A stretch of 64,000 nt of DNA. It comes from Fimbriimonadales bacterium. Its GTDB lineage: Bacteria > Armatimonadota > Fimbriimonadia > Fimbriimonadales > ATM1. The notes under the pieces are model-generated. The model made no database searches and was not told the DNA's origin. It saw only the letters and a list, made by a program, of their open reading frames with translations. This document shows positions 47,545-57,175 of this stretch, piece after piece. The translations under genes and the position numbers were made by a program. Location of the stretch: positions 96,001 through 160,000 of the forward strand of contig JBPCLO010000031.1 of the NCBI GenBank assembly GCA_051003155.1. The letters run 5' to 3'. Each line of letters starts with the position of its first letter. Position 1 is the stretch's first letter.

Positions 47545-47916
47545 CTACTTGTCGACGCCCGGTTCGAACGTGGCGTGTATTCGCTCGCTACACCCCACCC
47601 GGAACCTGCCGTGCTTGGGTTCCTTTGAGCCATTCTCGATGCGGTACTTGTTGAACTTGCTCTTCGGACACGCGAGTGGTCCACCCAAGAGGCAGGTGAC
47701 GTCCTCGTTCAACATGACGTTGGAGGATATGAACCGCCCGAAGTCCGCGTCCCGCGATCTGATCCTTGCAGCTTGGACCGCCGTCGCTATCGTCTGCATA
47801 TTAGCTCGGTAGGTGCGTCGGTCGGGATACGCTGCTGCCATGAGAAGCGCGCCCACCAAAACGGCAACCAGCGATTCGAGCCCCACAAAGCCGCACCCGA
47901 TTCTATTGGGTCTCAC
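47545..47916 (-). CDS. Divergent pilin paralogue
   Basis: G-FVGLE; shares RANMQTI.TAV.AA and H.TFEPGVD with the downstream pilin. Confidence 0.75.
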   Translation of the reverse strand: MRPNRIGCGFVGLESLVAVLVGALLMAAAYPDRRTYRANMQTIATAVQAARIRSRDADFGRFISSNVMLNEDVTCLLGGPLACPKSKFNKYRIENGSKEPKHGRFRVGCSERIHATFEPGVDK

Positions 47917-48034
47917 TGCAATCCCCCACTTCGAGCCGCAGCCACGGCTACTCGTGACTTATTGTGCACGAGAGTGGCGAGATTCGTTTTCCGTTCATGA
48001 TGATCGAACCACGCCCTTCAGTAATAATCTGCGA

Positions 48035-49138
48035 ATGCCTTTCCTAAACCAAGAGCGGCTCGACAGATTCCAGCGCATAATCGAGGATGCCGGCCTCGAT
48101 TGTTACCTCGCCTGCACGCCCGTCTCGATGGGCTATTTGGCAGGGTTCTTTGAATCTGGCGGAGAGAGAATGCTGCTAATGGCAATCAGGCCAAAAGGCC
48201 ACCCGGCTATGGTCGTTCCTGCCCTAAGCGAGAACCACGCTCGACACACCGGCATCGAGGACATCCGCACGTGGAAAGATGGCGAGGATCCCGGACCGAT
48301 CGCGGAGGCTCTAGCCGAGGAGTGGAGTCTTGGCGCGGGAGTCATAGGGGTGGACGACGAGATGCCCGCCGGCTACCTCTTGCGTTTGCAGGAGGCGCTG
48401 CCTGCCGCGCTCTTTAAGTGCGCCGGAGATGCGATGGCTCTTTTGCGAAAACGCAAAGATGCCGCGGAGTTGGACTCGATGCGCAAAGCCGCCCGCATCG
48501 CCGATCGAGCGCTCGGTGACGTCCTTTCGATGGACCTCGTCGGCAGGTCTGAACGAGAAGTCGCGGCGAAACTCACCGCAGGCATGACGGATCGCGGCGG
48601 AACGCCCACGTTCTGCATCGTCGCCGCGGGCCAAAACGGCGCCGAACCGCACCACAATACGTCCGGGCATGCCATCGGTAGTGGCGATGTCCTTGTAATG
48701 GACTGGGGCTGCCACGTCGACAACTATTTGAGCGACATCACACGCACTGTATGCTGTGGCAGCGCATCTGACGAGGCGAAGCATGTGTACAGGGTCGTCT
48801 TCAAGGCGCACATGGCCGCGCGTGCGGCGATTTATCCTGGCGTGGCCTGCGAAAGTATCGACCAGGCGGCGCGGGAGGTTATCGATGCCGCAGGTTATGG
48901 CGAATACTTTGTCCATCGAACGGGCCATGGGATCGGCCTCATGGGCCATGAACCACCGCACATGGTGGCCGGCAGCACGTCGCCCCTCGAGGTGGGGCAG
49001 TGCTTTAGCGTTGAACCGGGAATCTACCTGCCGGGCAAGTTCGGAGTCCGAATAGAAAACATCGTGGCCGTTACTGAAAACGGCCACGAATCGCTAAACC
49101 AGGAGCCTGCGGCTGAGCTTATCGAGATCGGCGTCTAG
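48035..49138 (+). CDS. Xaa-Pro peptidase (M24)
   Basis: PHH, SDITRT, HRTGHGIG, EPGIY and GVRIE. Confidence 0.93.
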   Translation: MPFLNQERLDRFQRIIEDAGLDCYLACTPVSMGYLAGFFESGGERMLLMAIRPKGHPAMVVPALSENHARHTGIEDIRTWKDGEDPGPIAEALAEEWSLGAGVIGVDDEMPAGYLLRLQEALPAALFKCAGDAMALLRKRKDAAELDSMRKAARIADRALGDVLSMDLVGRSEREVAAKLTAGMTDRGGTPTFCIVAAGQNGAEPHHNTSGHAIGSGDVLVMDWGCHVDNYLSDITRTVCCGSASDEAKHVYRVVFKAHMAARAAIYPGVACESIDQAAREVIDAAGYGEYFVHRTGHGIGLMGHEPPHMVAGSTSPLEVGQCFSVEPGIYLPGKFGVRIENIVAVTENGHESLNQEPAAELIEIGV

Positions 49139-49814
49139 CTCTTCCGATAAGGAACGCGCAGCCGGCGCCCATCATCACAATCGTAGAGGGCTCAGGGATG
49201 GTTCCGCCACCGCCGCCGCTGTTGATGCCGAAGAACAGCGCGGGCAGCAATCCCAACAGTGGAAGTGCGTTCGGCGGCCCAGGTGGAACCACTATGTCCG
49301 GAGCGGGGGCCGGGGCCTCGGGTTGGAGCAAATTAATCTCGGTTTGTACCGGGGCGACACCGGGAAGTTCGACGACAATGCCCTCCAACGGGCCCGAGAC
49401 GGCCGGCGCCATACGAGGAATGTCAGCTTCATCGGTACGGATGATAGGATTGCCGCAAACGACCGCGATTAGCGGCGTTCCGTTGCTGTCGAAGAAGAAC
49501 CGCTCGCGCTTCTTGAAGAGCAATGTCCGCTGCCTCAGCTCGCCCGTAGCGGCCGGGACGTTCCATACTTTGAAGTAGGTGTCTTGCTTGAGCCGACCAA
49601 CTTTCAGGCTCGATATGAACCGGATCACCTCGTCAGGAGTCATCTGGAAGTGACGAACGTACCGATCCATAACCGTCGGGTTGTCTTTGACATGCGCCAC
49701 CAGCGACTTGACCGTAGGCGTCGCCTTCTCGATGTAAGAGTTCGGTAGCAACCGTTGGGCCGAGCAGACGCTCGAAACAAGGATCACTAACGCTGCAGTA
49801 GTCTCTCTCCTCAT
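49119..49814 (-). CDS. PEP-CTERM protein
   Basis: Signal peptide, GTPL..VCGNP and IPEPST-TM-RRR. Confidence 0.85.
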   Translation of the reverse strand: MRRETTAALVILVSSVCSAQRLLPNSYIEKATPTVKSLVAHVKDNPTVMDRYVRHFQMTPDEVIRFISSLKVGRLKQDTYFKVWNVPAATGELRQRTLLFKKRERFFFDSNGTPLIAVVCGNPIIRTDEADIPRMAPAVSGPLEGIVVELPGVAPVQTEINLLQPEAPAPAPDIVVPPGPPNALPLLGLLPALFFGINSGGGGGTIPEPSTIVMMGAGCAFLIGRARRRSR

Positions 49815-49964
49815 TTGATGTTCTCTCCTGTAGAGCAATCGCTCTTGAAATATTTCAGCCTTGCAAGGTGCGAGTTGTACCATGACAGCCACGCGCTATC
49901 ATGATACACTAGAAATTACGAATTTGGAGGGCAATTTTATGCGAGTTTTTGTTCGTTTGGCCTT

Positions 49965-50666
49965 CTAGAGCCTTAATCTGAACGAGTTGAACGCTTCTGC
50001 CCTGGAAATTAGCTCGATCGCGTCCTTCGCGGCAGCCTGTTCGGCTTCCTTTTTGCATCGGCCCTGGCCAAGTCCCATCACCTCACCATCCAAAACGACG
50101 TCGACGGAAAAGATCTTTTCGTGCGCCGACCCTTGTTCCGTCGACACGCGGTAGAGAGGGGTCTTACGCCACTTCGCTTGGGCGATCTCCTGAAGCTTGG
50201 ATTTGTAGTCACCCACCCCAATCTCGCCGCGCGAAACTTGCTCCAAGTACGGGTGCAGCCGCTCCAAAACGAACCACCGCGCGATCGGCAACCCCTGCTC
50301 CACGAAGACCGCGCCCACTACGGCTTCGAACGCATCCGCCAGAATGGACGGCCGAATCCGAGAATCGGCGAGCCGCTCCGAGGGCGCAACGTTCAAATAC
50401 TCCTCCAACCCTAGCGCAAGCGCTGCCTCCGCAAGCGGCGCCTCCTGCACGACGGTCGCCTTCGCCTTGCTCAACGTGCCCTGATCCCAGTCGGGAAAAT
50501 GGTTGAAGAGGTGCTCGGCAATGATCATGCCCAGAACGGAGTCGCCGAAAAACTCCAAGCGCTCGTAGGAATCCGTGACAAGGCCGCCGACGGAGCGGTG
50601 CTTCAACGCCAGCCTGAGCAGCTCCTTGTTTTTGATCGGAACGTCGAGCGCGTCTAAGTCAGGGAT
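49965..50666 (-). CDS. rnc: Ribonuclease III (start codon unresolved)
   Basis: ERLEFFGD, ADAFEA and dsRBD DYKSKLQE..KKEAEQAAA. Confidence 0.95.
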   Translation of the reverse strand: MPDLDALDVPIKNKELLRLALKHRSVGGLVTDSYERLEFFGDSVLGMIIAEHLFNHFPDWDQGTLSKAKATVVQEAPLAEAALALGLEEYLNVAPSERLADSRIRPSILADAFEAVVGAVFVEQGLPIARWFVLERLHPYLEQVSRGEIGVGDYKSKLQEIAQAKWRKTPLYRVSTEQGSAHEKIFSVDVVLDGEVMGLGQGRCKKEAEQAAAKDAIELISRAEAFNSFRLRL

Positions 50667-51820
50667 TCGAGGCCCTCCGAGATTCGCCGCACGCCTTCCA
50701 CGATTTGAGGACGATCCAAAGCATACGTCAGCCTCAGGTGGCCATCGCCTTCGAAAACGCTTCCCGGCACGCAAGCGACTTTGTGATTTTCGAGTAGGTG
50801 CGCTGCGAGTTCGAGGTCCGTCCGTCCCCCTAGATAGGCCCGCACGTCCGGAAACGCGTAGAACGCGCCACCGGGCCGTGCGCATCGGACGTCCGGAATT
50901 TTCGCGAGTTCGCCGAGGATGAGTTCCCTTCGGCACCCGAACTCCTCCACCATCGCCCGAACCGGCTCGAACGGCATCTTCAGCGCGGCCAGCGCCGCGT
51001 ATTGCGAGATGCTGGCCGGGTTGCTCGTTACCTGATCTTGCAATGCGGACATACCTTTCGCAATCGGCAGCGGGGCGGCGGCATAGCCGATTCTCCACCC
51101 GGTCATCGCGAACGCTTTGCTGACGCCGTTGACCGTAACGGTGCGCTCGGCGATCTCGGAGCCAAGCGATGCGATGCTGATGTGTTCAGCGCCGTAGGTC
51201 AGCTTCTCGTATATCTCGTCGCTGATCACGTGAAAGTCGTGGCGGATAGCAAGCGCGGCGATTTCTTTCAACGTTCCTCTCGGCAACACCGCACCGCTCG
51301 GGTTCGAGGGCGAGTTGACGATGATCGCCTTCGTCTTCGAGCTAGTCGCTGCCTTCAGGTCATCGATACTCGGAACATAGCCTGTCTCGACGGACGTCCT
51401 CACCGCGACCGGCGTCGCCTCGGCGAGCGTGATTTGGTCGCGATACGTCATCCAATACGGCGCGATCAGGATCACCTCGTCGCCCGGGTTGCAAAGCGTC
51501 ATCAGCGCGTTGAAGACTGACTGCTTCGCGCCGGCCGAAACGATCACCTGCTCAGGCGCGACCGTGACTCCGTTTTCCTTGGCGAGCTTGTCGGCGATCG
51601 CGGTCCGCAATTGGGGGATGCCCGCGCTCGCCGTATACCGCGTGTGGCCGTCGCTGATGGCCTGGATTCCCGCCTCGCAGATCGGCCCCGGGGTTCCGAA
51701 GTCCGGCTCTCCGGCTCCGAAGCTGATGATGTCTTCCCCGCACTTTCGGAGTTCGGCGACTATGGCGGTTAGGGCGAGCGTAGGAGACGGTTTGAGTAGG
51801 CTGACCCTGTCGGAGAGCAT
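50654..51820 (-). CDS. PLP-dependent class I/II (aspartate) aminotransferase
   Basis: GEPDF, NSPSNPSG, SDEIY and SKAFAMTGWRIG; ATG 7 nt after TATAAT. Confidence 0.93.
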   Translation of the reverse strand: MLSDRVSLLKPSPTLALTAIVAELRKCGEDIISFGAGEPDFGTPGPICEAGIQAISDGHTRYTASAGIPQLRTAIADKLAKENGVTVAPEQVIVSAGAKQSVFNALMTLCNPGDEVILIAPYWMTYRDQITLAEATPVAVRTSVETGYVPSIDDLKAATSSKTKAIIVNSPSNPSGAVLPRGTLKEIAALAIRHDFHVISDEIYEKLTYGAEHISIASLGSEIAERTVTVNGVSKAFAMTGWRIGYAAAPLPIAKGMSALQDQVTSNPASISQYAALAALKMPFEPVRAMVEEFGCRRELILGELAKIPDVRCARPGGAFYAFPDVRAYLGGRTDLELAAHLLENHKVACVPGSVFEGDGHLRLTYALDRPQIVEGVRRISEGLESLT

Positions 51821-51899
51821 TTGGCTCATTATATTCGTTTCGGGCGAGCCCAACGAGAGGCTTCACCGGTGAACGGTGAGGGCAGATTGTTTGCTGTCC

Positions 51900-52580
51900 T
51901 CATCCCTCCGATGATGGGGACAGCGCCGGGGCCGTCACGATCTCTCTGCCTCCTTCGCGCATCAACTCCGCAATGCGCTCCATCAGGATCTTGCCGAACA
52001 TGTCCTCCGCTTCCCTGCCGTATTTGCTTTCGACGTCCACGAAGCTGAACGGGGCGCCGAAGCTCACGGTCACCCCCTGCCGCCTCGGAAATTTGGACCC
52101 TTGCGGCAGCCACTTATCGGTGTCGCAGATGCCGACAGGAATCACCTGCGCCCCGCTCTTGCGGGCGAGAAGGGTGACGCCTTTGTTTGCGGGCTGGAGC
52201 GTCTTGCCGTCCCCCCGGCCGCCTTCGGGGAAGACCAGCACCGCTTCGTCTTGCGCCAGCAGGTCGAGCGTATGTCGGATCGCCTCGGTGTCCGCCTCGC
52301 CCCGATGGACCGGGAATGCACCGAGCCGGCGGATGAGCGGCCCGAAGATCGGCGGTTTGAATAGCTCCGCCTTCGCCATGAAGTTCAGCCGCCTGCCGGT
52401 GGCGCAAGCGACTGCTGGCGGGTCGCCGAAGCTGGTGTGGTTGGCCGCCACGATGAGCGGACCCTCCATCGGCACCCGCTCGCCGTGCATCACCCGTATC
52501 CCGCCGAACGGCCGGAAGATCAGGTTGCGGATGCCGAACGTCACGGCAAAATAAGCCGGGTCCCAATTGCGGCGGGGCAC
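51900..52580 (-). CDS. plsC: 1-acyl-sn-glycerol-3-phosphate acyltransferase
   Basis: NHTSFGD, FMAKAELF and FPEG; start 52580 or 52613. Confidence 0.9.
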   Translation of the reverse strand: MPRRNWDPAYFAVTFGIRNLIFRPFGGIRVMHGERVPMEGPLIVAANHTSFGDPPAVACATGRRLNFMAKAELFKPPIFGPLIRRLGAFPVHRGEADTEAIRHTLDLLAQDEAVLVFPEGGRGDGKTLQPANKGVTLLARKSGAQVIPVGICDTDKWLPQGSKFPRRQGVTVSFGAPFSFVDVESKYGREAEDMFGKILMERIAELMREGGREIVTAPALSPSSEG

Positions 52581-52638
52581 GGCAGTAGTTTGGCTCAATT
52601 CGGTGACCCCCAAAACGTGATAACCTTAACGACCCCAG

Positions 52639-53847
52639 ATGTCGATCGAGGAGCAGATGAAAGTTCTCTCCCGCGGCTGCGCCGAGATCATTAGCGAGAG
52701 CGATCTTGCGGCCAAGCTGCGGAAGAGCCAGGTCACCGGCAAGCCGCTGCGCGTAAAGCTCGGCGTCGATCCGACGGTGCCGCATGTCACGCTCGGCTGG
52801 GCGGTCGTTTTGCGGAAGCTCCGGGCCTTCCAGAAGTTCGGCCACACCGCGTGCCTGATCATCGGCGACTTTACTGCCACGATCGGCGACCCGAGCGGGA
52901 AATCGAAGACCCGTCCGCAGCTCACCCGCGCGCAGGTAAACGAAAACGTGAAGGCCGTGGAGGAACAGCTCTACAAGATCCTGGACAAGGACCACACCGA
53001 AATCCTCTACAACGCCGATTGGTTGGGCAAGATGGCCTTCGCCGACGTAATCCAGCTCTCGAGCCGCATCACCGTTGCGCGAATCTTGGAACGGGACGAC
53101 TTCCAGAAGCGCCTCGCCGACGAAAAGCCGATCGGGATGCACGAAGTCCTCTACCCCTTGTGCCAGGGTTACGACAGCGTGGCGATGCAAGCCGACGTCG
53201 AGTTGGGCGGGAATGACCAGAAGTTCAACAACCTGGTCGGGCGGAACTTGCAGGGGCAGTTCGGCCAAGAACCGCAGGTGGTGATGCTGATGCCGCTCCT
53301 CGTCGGGCTCGACGGCAAGGAGAAGATGTCGCAGTCGCTGGGCAACTACGTCAGCGTGGTGGACACAGCGAACGATATGTTCGGCAAGACGATGTCGATC
53401 CCCGACCACTTGCTCGAATCGTGGTTTACGCTTTGCACGGACGTGCCCTTGGAAAAGGTCCGTGAACTGTTGGCGCCTGGTGCGAACCCGCGCGATGCGA
53501 AAGTCCCCCTCGCTCGCGAAATCGTTGTTCTCTACCACGGGGAAGCCGCAGCCGCTGAAGCCGAAGATTACTTCATACGGACCTTCAGTAACCGCGAGGA
53601 ACCCGTTGACGCGCCGGAGGCGGCGATTCCAGCGGAACTTATCAAGGACGGCCAGGTCGCAGTGGCCGTGCTGATCCACGCTCTCGAACTGACCGACTCG
53701 ATTGGGGAGGCACGGCGACTGATCAAGAGCGGCGCGATCTCTATCGGAGGGGACAAGATAGAAGACCCGTTCGGCTCTGTCGAGATAGCGGAAGTTCAGG
53801 GCAAGGTGCTGAAGGTGGGTAAGCACCGTTTTCGGACGCTTCGGTAG
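52639..53847 (+). CDS. tyrS: Tyrosine-tRNA ligase
   Basis: KLGVDPT, IGDPSG, QGYD, GGNDQ, KMSQS and a C-terminal S4 domain. Confidence 0.97.
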   Translation: MSIEEQMKVLSRGCAEIISESDLAAKLRKSQVTGKPLRVKLGVDPTVPHVTLGWAVVLRKLRAFQKFGHTACLIIGDFTATIGDPSGKSKTRPQLTRAQVNENVKAVEEQLYKILDKDHTEILYNADWLGKMAFADVIQLSSRITVARILERDDFQKRLADEKPIGMHEVLYPLCQGYDSVAMQADVELGGNDQKFNNLVGRNLQGQFGQEPQVVMLMPLLVGLDGKEKMSQSLGNYVSVVDTANDMFGKTMSIPDHLLESWFTLCTDVPLEKVRELLAPGANPRDAKVPLAREIVVLYHGEAAAAEAEDYFIRTFSNREEPVDAPEAAIPAELIKDGQVAVAVLIHALELTDSIGEARRLIKSGAISIGGDKIEDPFGSVEIAEVQGKVLKVGKHRFRTLR

Positions 53848-53871
53848 CGCTCTGAACCCGCCGCGACGAAT

Positions 53872-54843
53872 CTAATTAGGCGTCAACAAGAAGGCGGCCG
53901 GTGCGCCATCGAGAGTTCCACTCCCCACAATCAAGCCACTCTCGTTGATTCCCGTTGCTGACTTGAGGAGCCAGCCGATGCCGGGCGGAATCTCGTTGTT
54001 CAGGTTGGTTACTTCGAGATTGCGCCAAATGACCGCGTGGCGTGTGGGGTTGGTGTCCCGGGCATAGCCGACAATTTGGCCACGTTCGTCTATCGCCGAT
54101 GCGCCGCTGCCCTCCCCGCCAATACCCGGGAGGTAAATGGGAGAGCCGCCGATCCAAGTAATCGCGACGGGTCAGTCAAAGTAGAACCAGCGATATCCAA
54201 TAATTTGGCCCGAATTGTTGATGCGCGACGGATGGCGTCCCGAACCTCCGGACAAGAGCAGTGATAAGCCCCGTTGCCAATAAGCCGGTCTTGGAAACTC
54301 CGTCATCTCAAGCAATTCCTTGCCGACGATAACAGCAAGGTCGTTAATACCGACAGCTTGGGCCGAGCTGGATTGAACTACCGGGGGAAGTCGTTGATAC
54401 CAACCGTTTCTCCATACGAACGCGTCTGCGCCGCTGGTCCCGACCACTGCTCCGGACTCGTTAATATCGTTTGCCGCGCTGTGGTGCGAAATGGCTACCG
54501 ATCTCAGTCTGCTCGCTGGCGTCCATAAGAATGCCTTGCGGAGGTCCAATGCGTCTTCTGAATACCCTACAATATGGCCTTGCGAATTGATAGCTGAGGC
54601 CCAGGTCGTCGATCCGCCAAATGAACCGAGATCGACAACGACGTCATCTTTCAGGAAGAACGCCCGCCAATCGCCGTTGGCCATACGACAATTGCCTGAT
54701 ATGAAGCCGTTGTCGCTGATTGAAATGCCCGCGACTTCGACTGCTCCAGGAAGGACCGGCAATCGAGTGATGGCGTAGTCTTGAGCAAACGTGCTCGCTA
54801 CAAGGGCGATCAGAAGCGGAGCGGCAACAACAATCTTTCGCAA
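53872..54843 (-). pseudogene. HAF-repeat extracellular protein interrupted by an in-frame TGA at 54172-54174
   Basis: INxxGxIVG/AF repeats continue in the same frame past the stop to AAFLLTPN. Confidence 0.8.
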
Positions 54844-54902
54844 TGCTACACCAACCGGAAGTTAGTGTACCACCGTGCCGACGGCCCGGTATCCTCTTAT
54901 GA

Positions 54903-55241
54903 ATGCGCAGGATCGTGGCCTATATTCGGCCACATAAGCTCGAAGAAGTGAAAACCGCGCTGGGCGAACGCGGCGTCACGGGCATCACCGTGACGGAGGC
55001 GCGGGGATGCGGGAGTTCGGAGGAACAGTCGGACTGGTTTCTGGGAAAGGAGTACGTCGTCTCGCTGCCGCCTCGCATCAAGTTAGACGTTGTGCTAAAC
55101 GAAGGGAATGTGGAGGACGCCATCGAGGCGATTCTGCAAAGCGCGCGAACGGGGAGGGGGGGTGACGGTAAGATATTCGTGCTGCCCGAGTTGGACGTTA
55201 TCCGCATCCGAACTGGCGAGCGCGGCGAAGCGGCCCTCTGA
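54903..55241 (+). CDS. P-II family regulator (divergent T-loop)
   Basis: 112 aa; RTGRGGDGKIF and RIRTGE. Confidence 0.93.
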   Translation: MRRIVAYIRPHKLEEVKTALGERGVTGITVTEARGCGSSEEQSDWFLGKEYVVSLPPRIKLDVVLNEGNVEDAIEAILQSARTGRGGDGKIFVLPELDVIRIRTGERGEAAL

Positions 55242-55304
55242 GCGAACCGACACAAGGCGTCGAGCGTCCATAGTTGGACCCCTTTCGCCTCGCAAGGAAC
55301 TTTT

Positions 55305-56966
55305 ATGAATAAAATTGTCCCCGCTACCGCCGTCCTGTGTGCGCTCGTAAGCCAAGTTTCGGCTGCCGATATCAAGATCAATTCCTCGGTAAAGGACGGC
55401 GACAAGATCGCCGGTGCCGTCGAGCTGCGCGCCACCGTCATCTCCGATGCGACCGTCAACCAGGTCGAGTTTTACGTCAACGGCGAGCTCCGCTCGACAG
55501 ACACGAGCACTCCCTACACTTTCCAGTTAGACACGATCCCGGAAAAGGAAGGGCCGATCAGCGTCGAGCTGGGCGCGTACACCGCCACCGGCGACAGCAA
55601 GAAGCTGAAGCTGACTCTGGTCGTGGACAACGGGATCGACAAAGGCGCGAAGTTCCACATCGACAGCGCTAACAAATTTCTGAATGTGTCGAAGTTCGAT
55701 GAGGCGCTGCAGGCTGGCCGCGTGGCGCTGAAGGCCGATGAGAACTCGGCGGACGCCAAGATCGCGATGGCGCGCGCGTACCTGGGCAAGTATGAATACG
55801 ATAAGGCTCAGCAGTGGGCTGAAGACGCCCTGATCACGCAGGAAACGGAGGCGGCCACCGAACTCCTCGCCGGAATCCATGCCGATCGAGCATTTCGAAT
55901 TATTTCGTCGAGCGGCGAGCGTGGCGATGCCCTCAAAAACATCACGACCGCCTTTCAAGCCGCCGTCGCCCAGCGCAAACGCACGGTCGAGCTGCGGCTC
56001 AAGGCGATGGGAGCGGTGACCGACGCGAACCGCCTGGCCGTAGTAGATCTCTTGATGCAAAAGCACGACTACTCGGCCGCCCGTCGCCACCTCTTGGAAA
56101 AGTGGGATGAAGGCACGCCCAATGTCGACATTGGAAACCGGCTCGTCTATGCGGCGATGCGCTCGGGCAGAATGGCCGAGGCCAAGAGGCTCCTCGAACT
56201 CATGAAGAAGAAGAACGTGCAGGACGCGACGACTCACGCGCTCGCGGCTGCCGGCCATGCTTACTATAGAAGGTGGGACGATGCGTCGACCGCGATCAAG
56301 GACGGCGGTTTCGATGACGCGGAGTCCCCCGCTCTGATCTCCGCTTCCGCGTACCTCGCACTCCTGAAGGGCGACAAGGCGGCCGCTTCGAGCCAGGTCG
56401 CAAGAATGCTGAGCAAGGGCATGAACTCGGCTCCGGTCTACTACTTCCTCAAGACCCTGACCTATTTCACCGGCCAATACTCCGAATCGCGGGATTACTT
56501 CCGCAAGACGGTCTTGGCCGACCCGCTGCTTTACGACGTGTATATCGAGCGGGGCTATGAAGCGCTCGCGGTCGTCACGAATCCCCAGGCGGGCCTGGAC
56601 AAGGACAAGACGATCCTTCTCGATCAGGCCAGGTCGTTCTTCGAGATCGCCCTATCGATCAAGGCCGACGCGCCGGACGCGCTGAACGGGCTCGCACTGG
56701 TGACGCTTTACCAGAAAAAGCCGGACGAGGCTCTCAAGTACGCGCAGGGCGCAGTCGGGGCTGGACCAGAGTATCCGTGGACCCACTTCACCCTTGCCGC
56801 GGTTCAGAACGCCAAGGGCGACTACCGTTCGGCTGTGAAGTCGGTGGACAAGGGCGGCGAGCTCGACCGAGTGGTGCTGCAAGGGCGCGGAGTCCCGTCT
56901 GCCGACGAGGCGTGGCTTTACACCTATCGGTATGCCCGGGTGCCGGTAATCATCCCGCCGAAGTAG
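55305..56966 (+). CDS. Secreted Ig-like plus TPR-repeat protein
   Basis: Signal peptide, VEFYVNG..PYTF Ig domain and TPR-like helices. Confidence 0.8.
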   Translation: MNKIVPATAVLCALVSQVSAADIKINSSVKDGDKIAGAVELRATVISDATVNQVEFYVNGELRSTDTSTPYTFQLDTIPEKEGPISVELGAYTATGDSKKLKLTLVVDNGIDKGAKFHIDSANKFLNVSKFDEALQAGRVALKADENSADAKIAMARAYLGKYEYDKAQQWAEDALITQETEAATELLAGIHADRAFRIISSSGERGDALKNITTAFQAAVAQRKRTVELRLKAMGAVTDANRLAVVDLLMQKHDYSAARRHLLEKWDEGTPNVDIGNRLVYAAMRSGRMAEAKRLLELMKKKNVQDATTHALAAAGHAYYRRWDDASTAIKDGGFDDAESPALISASAYLALLKGDKAAASSQVARMLSKGMNSAPVYYFLKTLTYFTGQYSESRDYFRKTVLADPLLYDVYIERGYEALAVVTNPQAGLDKDKTILLDQARSFFEIALSIKADAPDALNGLALVTLYQKKPDEALKYAQGAVGAGPEYPWTHFTLAAVQNAKGDYRSAVKSVDKGGELDRVVLQGRGVPSADEAWLYTYRYARVPVIIPPK

Positions 56967-57175
56967 ATCGGCCACCGAGGAAGACGGTCGAATCGTCGCG
57001 AGGTTCAAAGACCGTTGCCGAAAAATCGGGAAGACGTTATGGATAAGCTCGCGAACGTTCGTGGACCCGAAGCTGTCAGACGATTATCCTCAGCACCCAA
57101 GCTTGTCCGTGGGCACCACGAAGAATCATGCCACCCGCCGTGGACGGCGAGGGTGAAACGCCAAAGCAAGCCGAG

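Noticed and set aside
47430..47545. c-di-GMP-I riboswitch before the pilin
   Set aside because: Lacks the GGCAAAC and GACGCAAA consensus and a clear tetraloop receptor; kept only as an unclassified structure
49965..51098. Long N-terminal extensions in the ORF track (rnc, plsX, accA, coaD, pepQ-like, CBS)
   Set aside because: They overlap neighbouring genes or a tRNA and lack family similarity; starts were trimmed
52114..53826. 570-aa minus-strand ORF and similar long antisense ORFs (e.g. 18194-19051, 24058-25035, 44973-45914, 55527-56477)
   Set aside because: Antisense shadows of well-supported genes in GC-rich DNA, with no motifs
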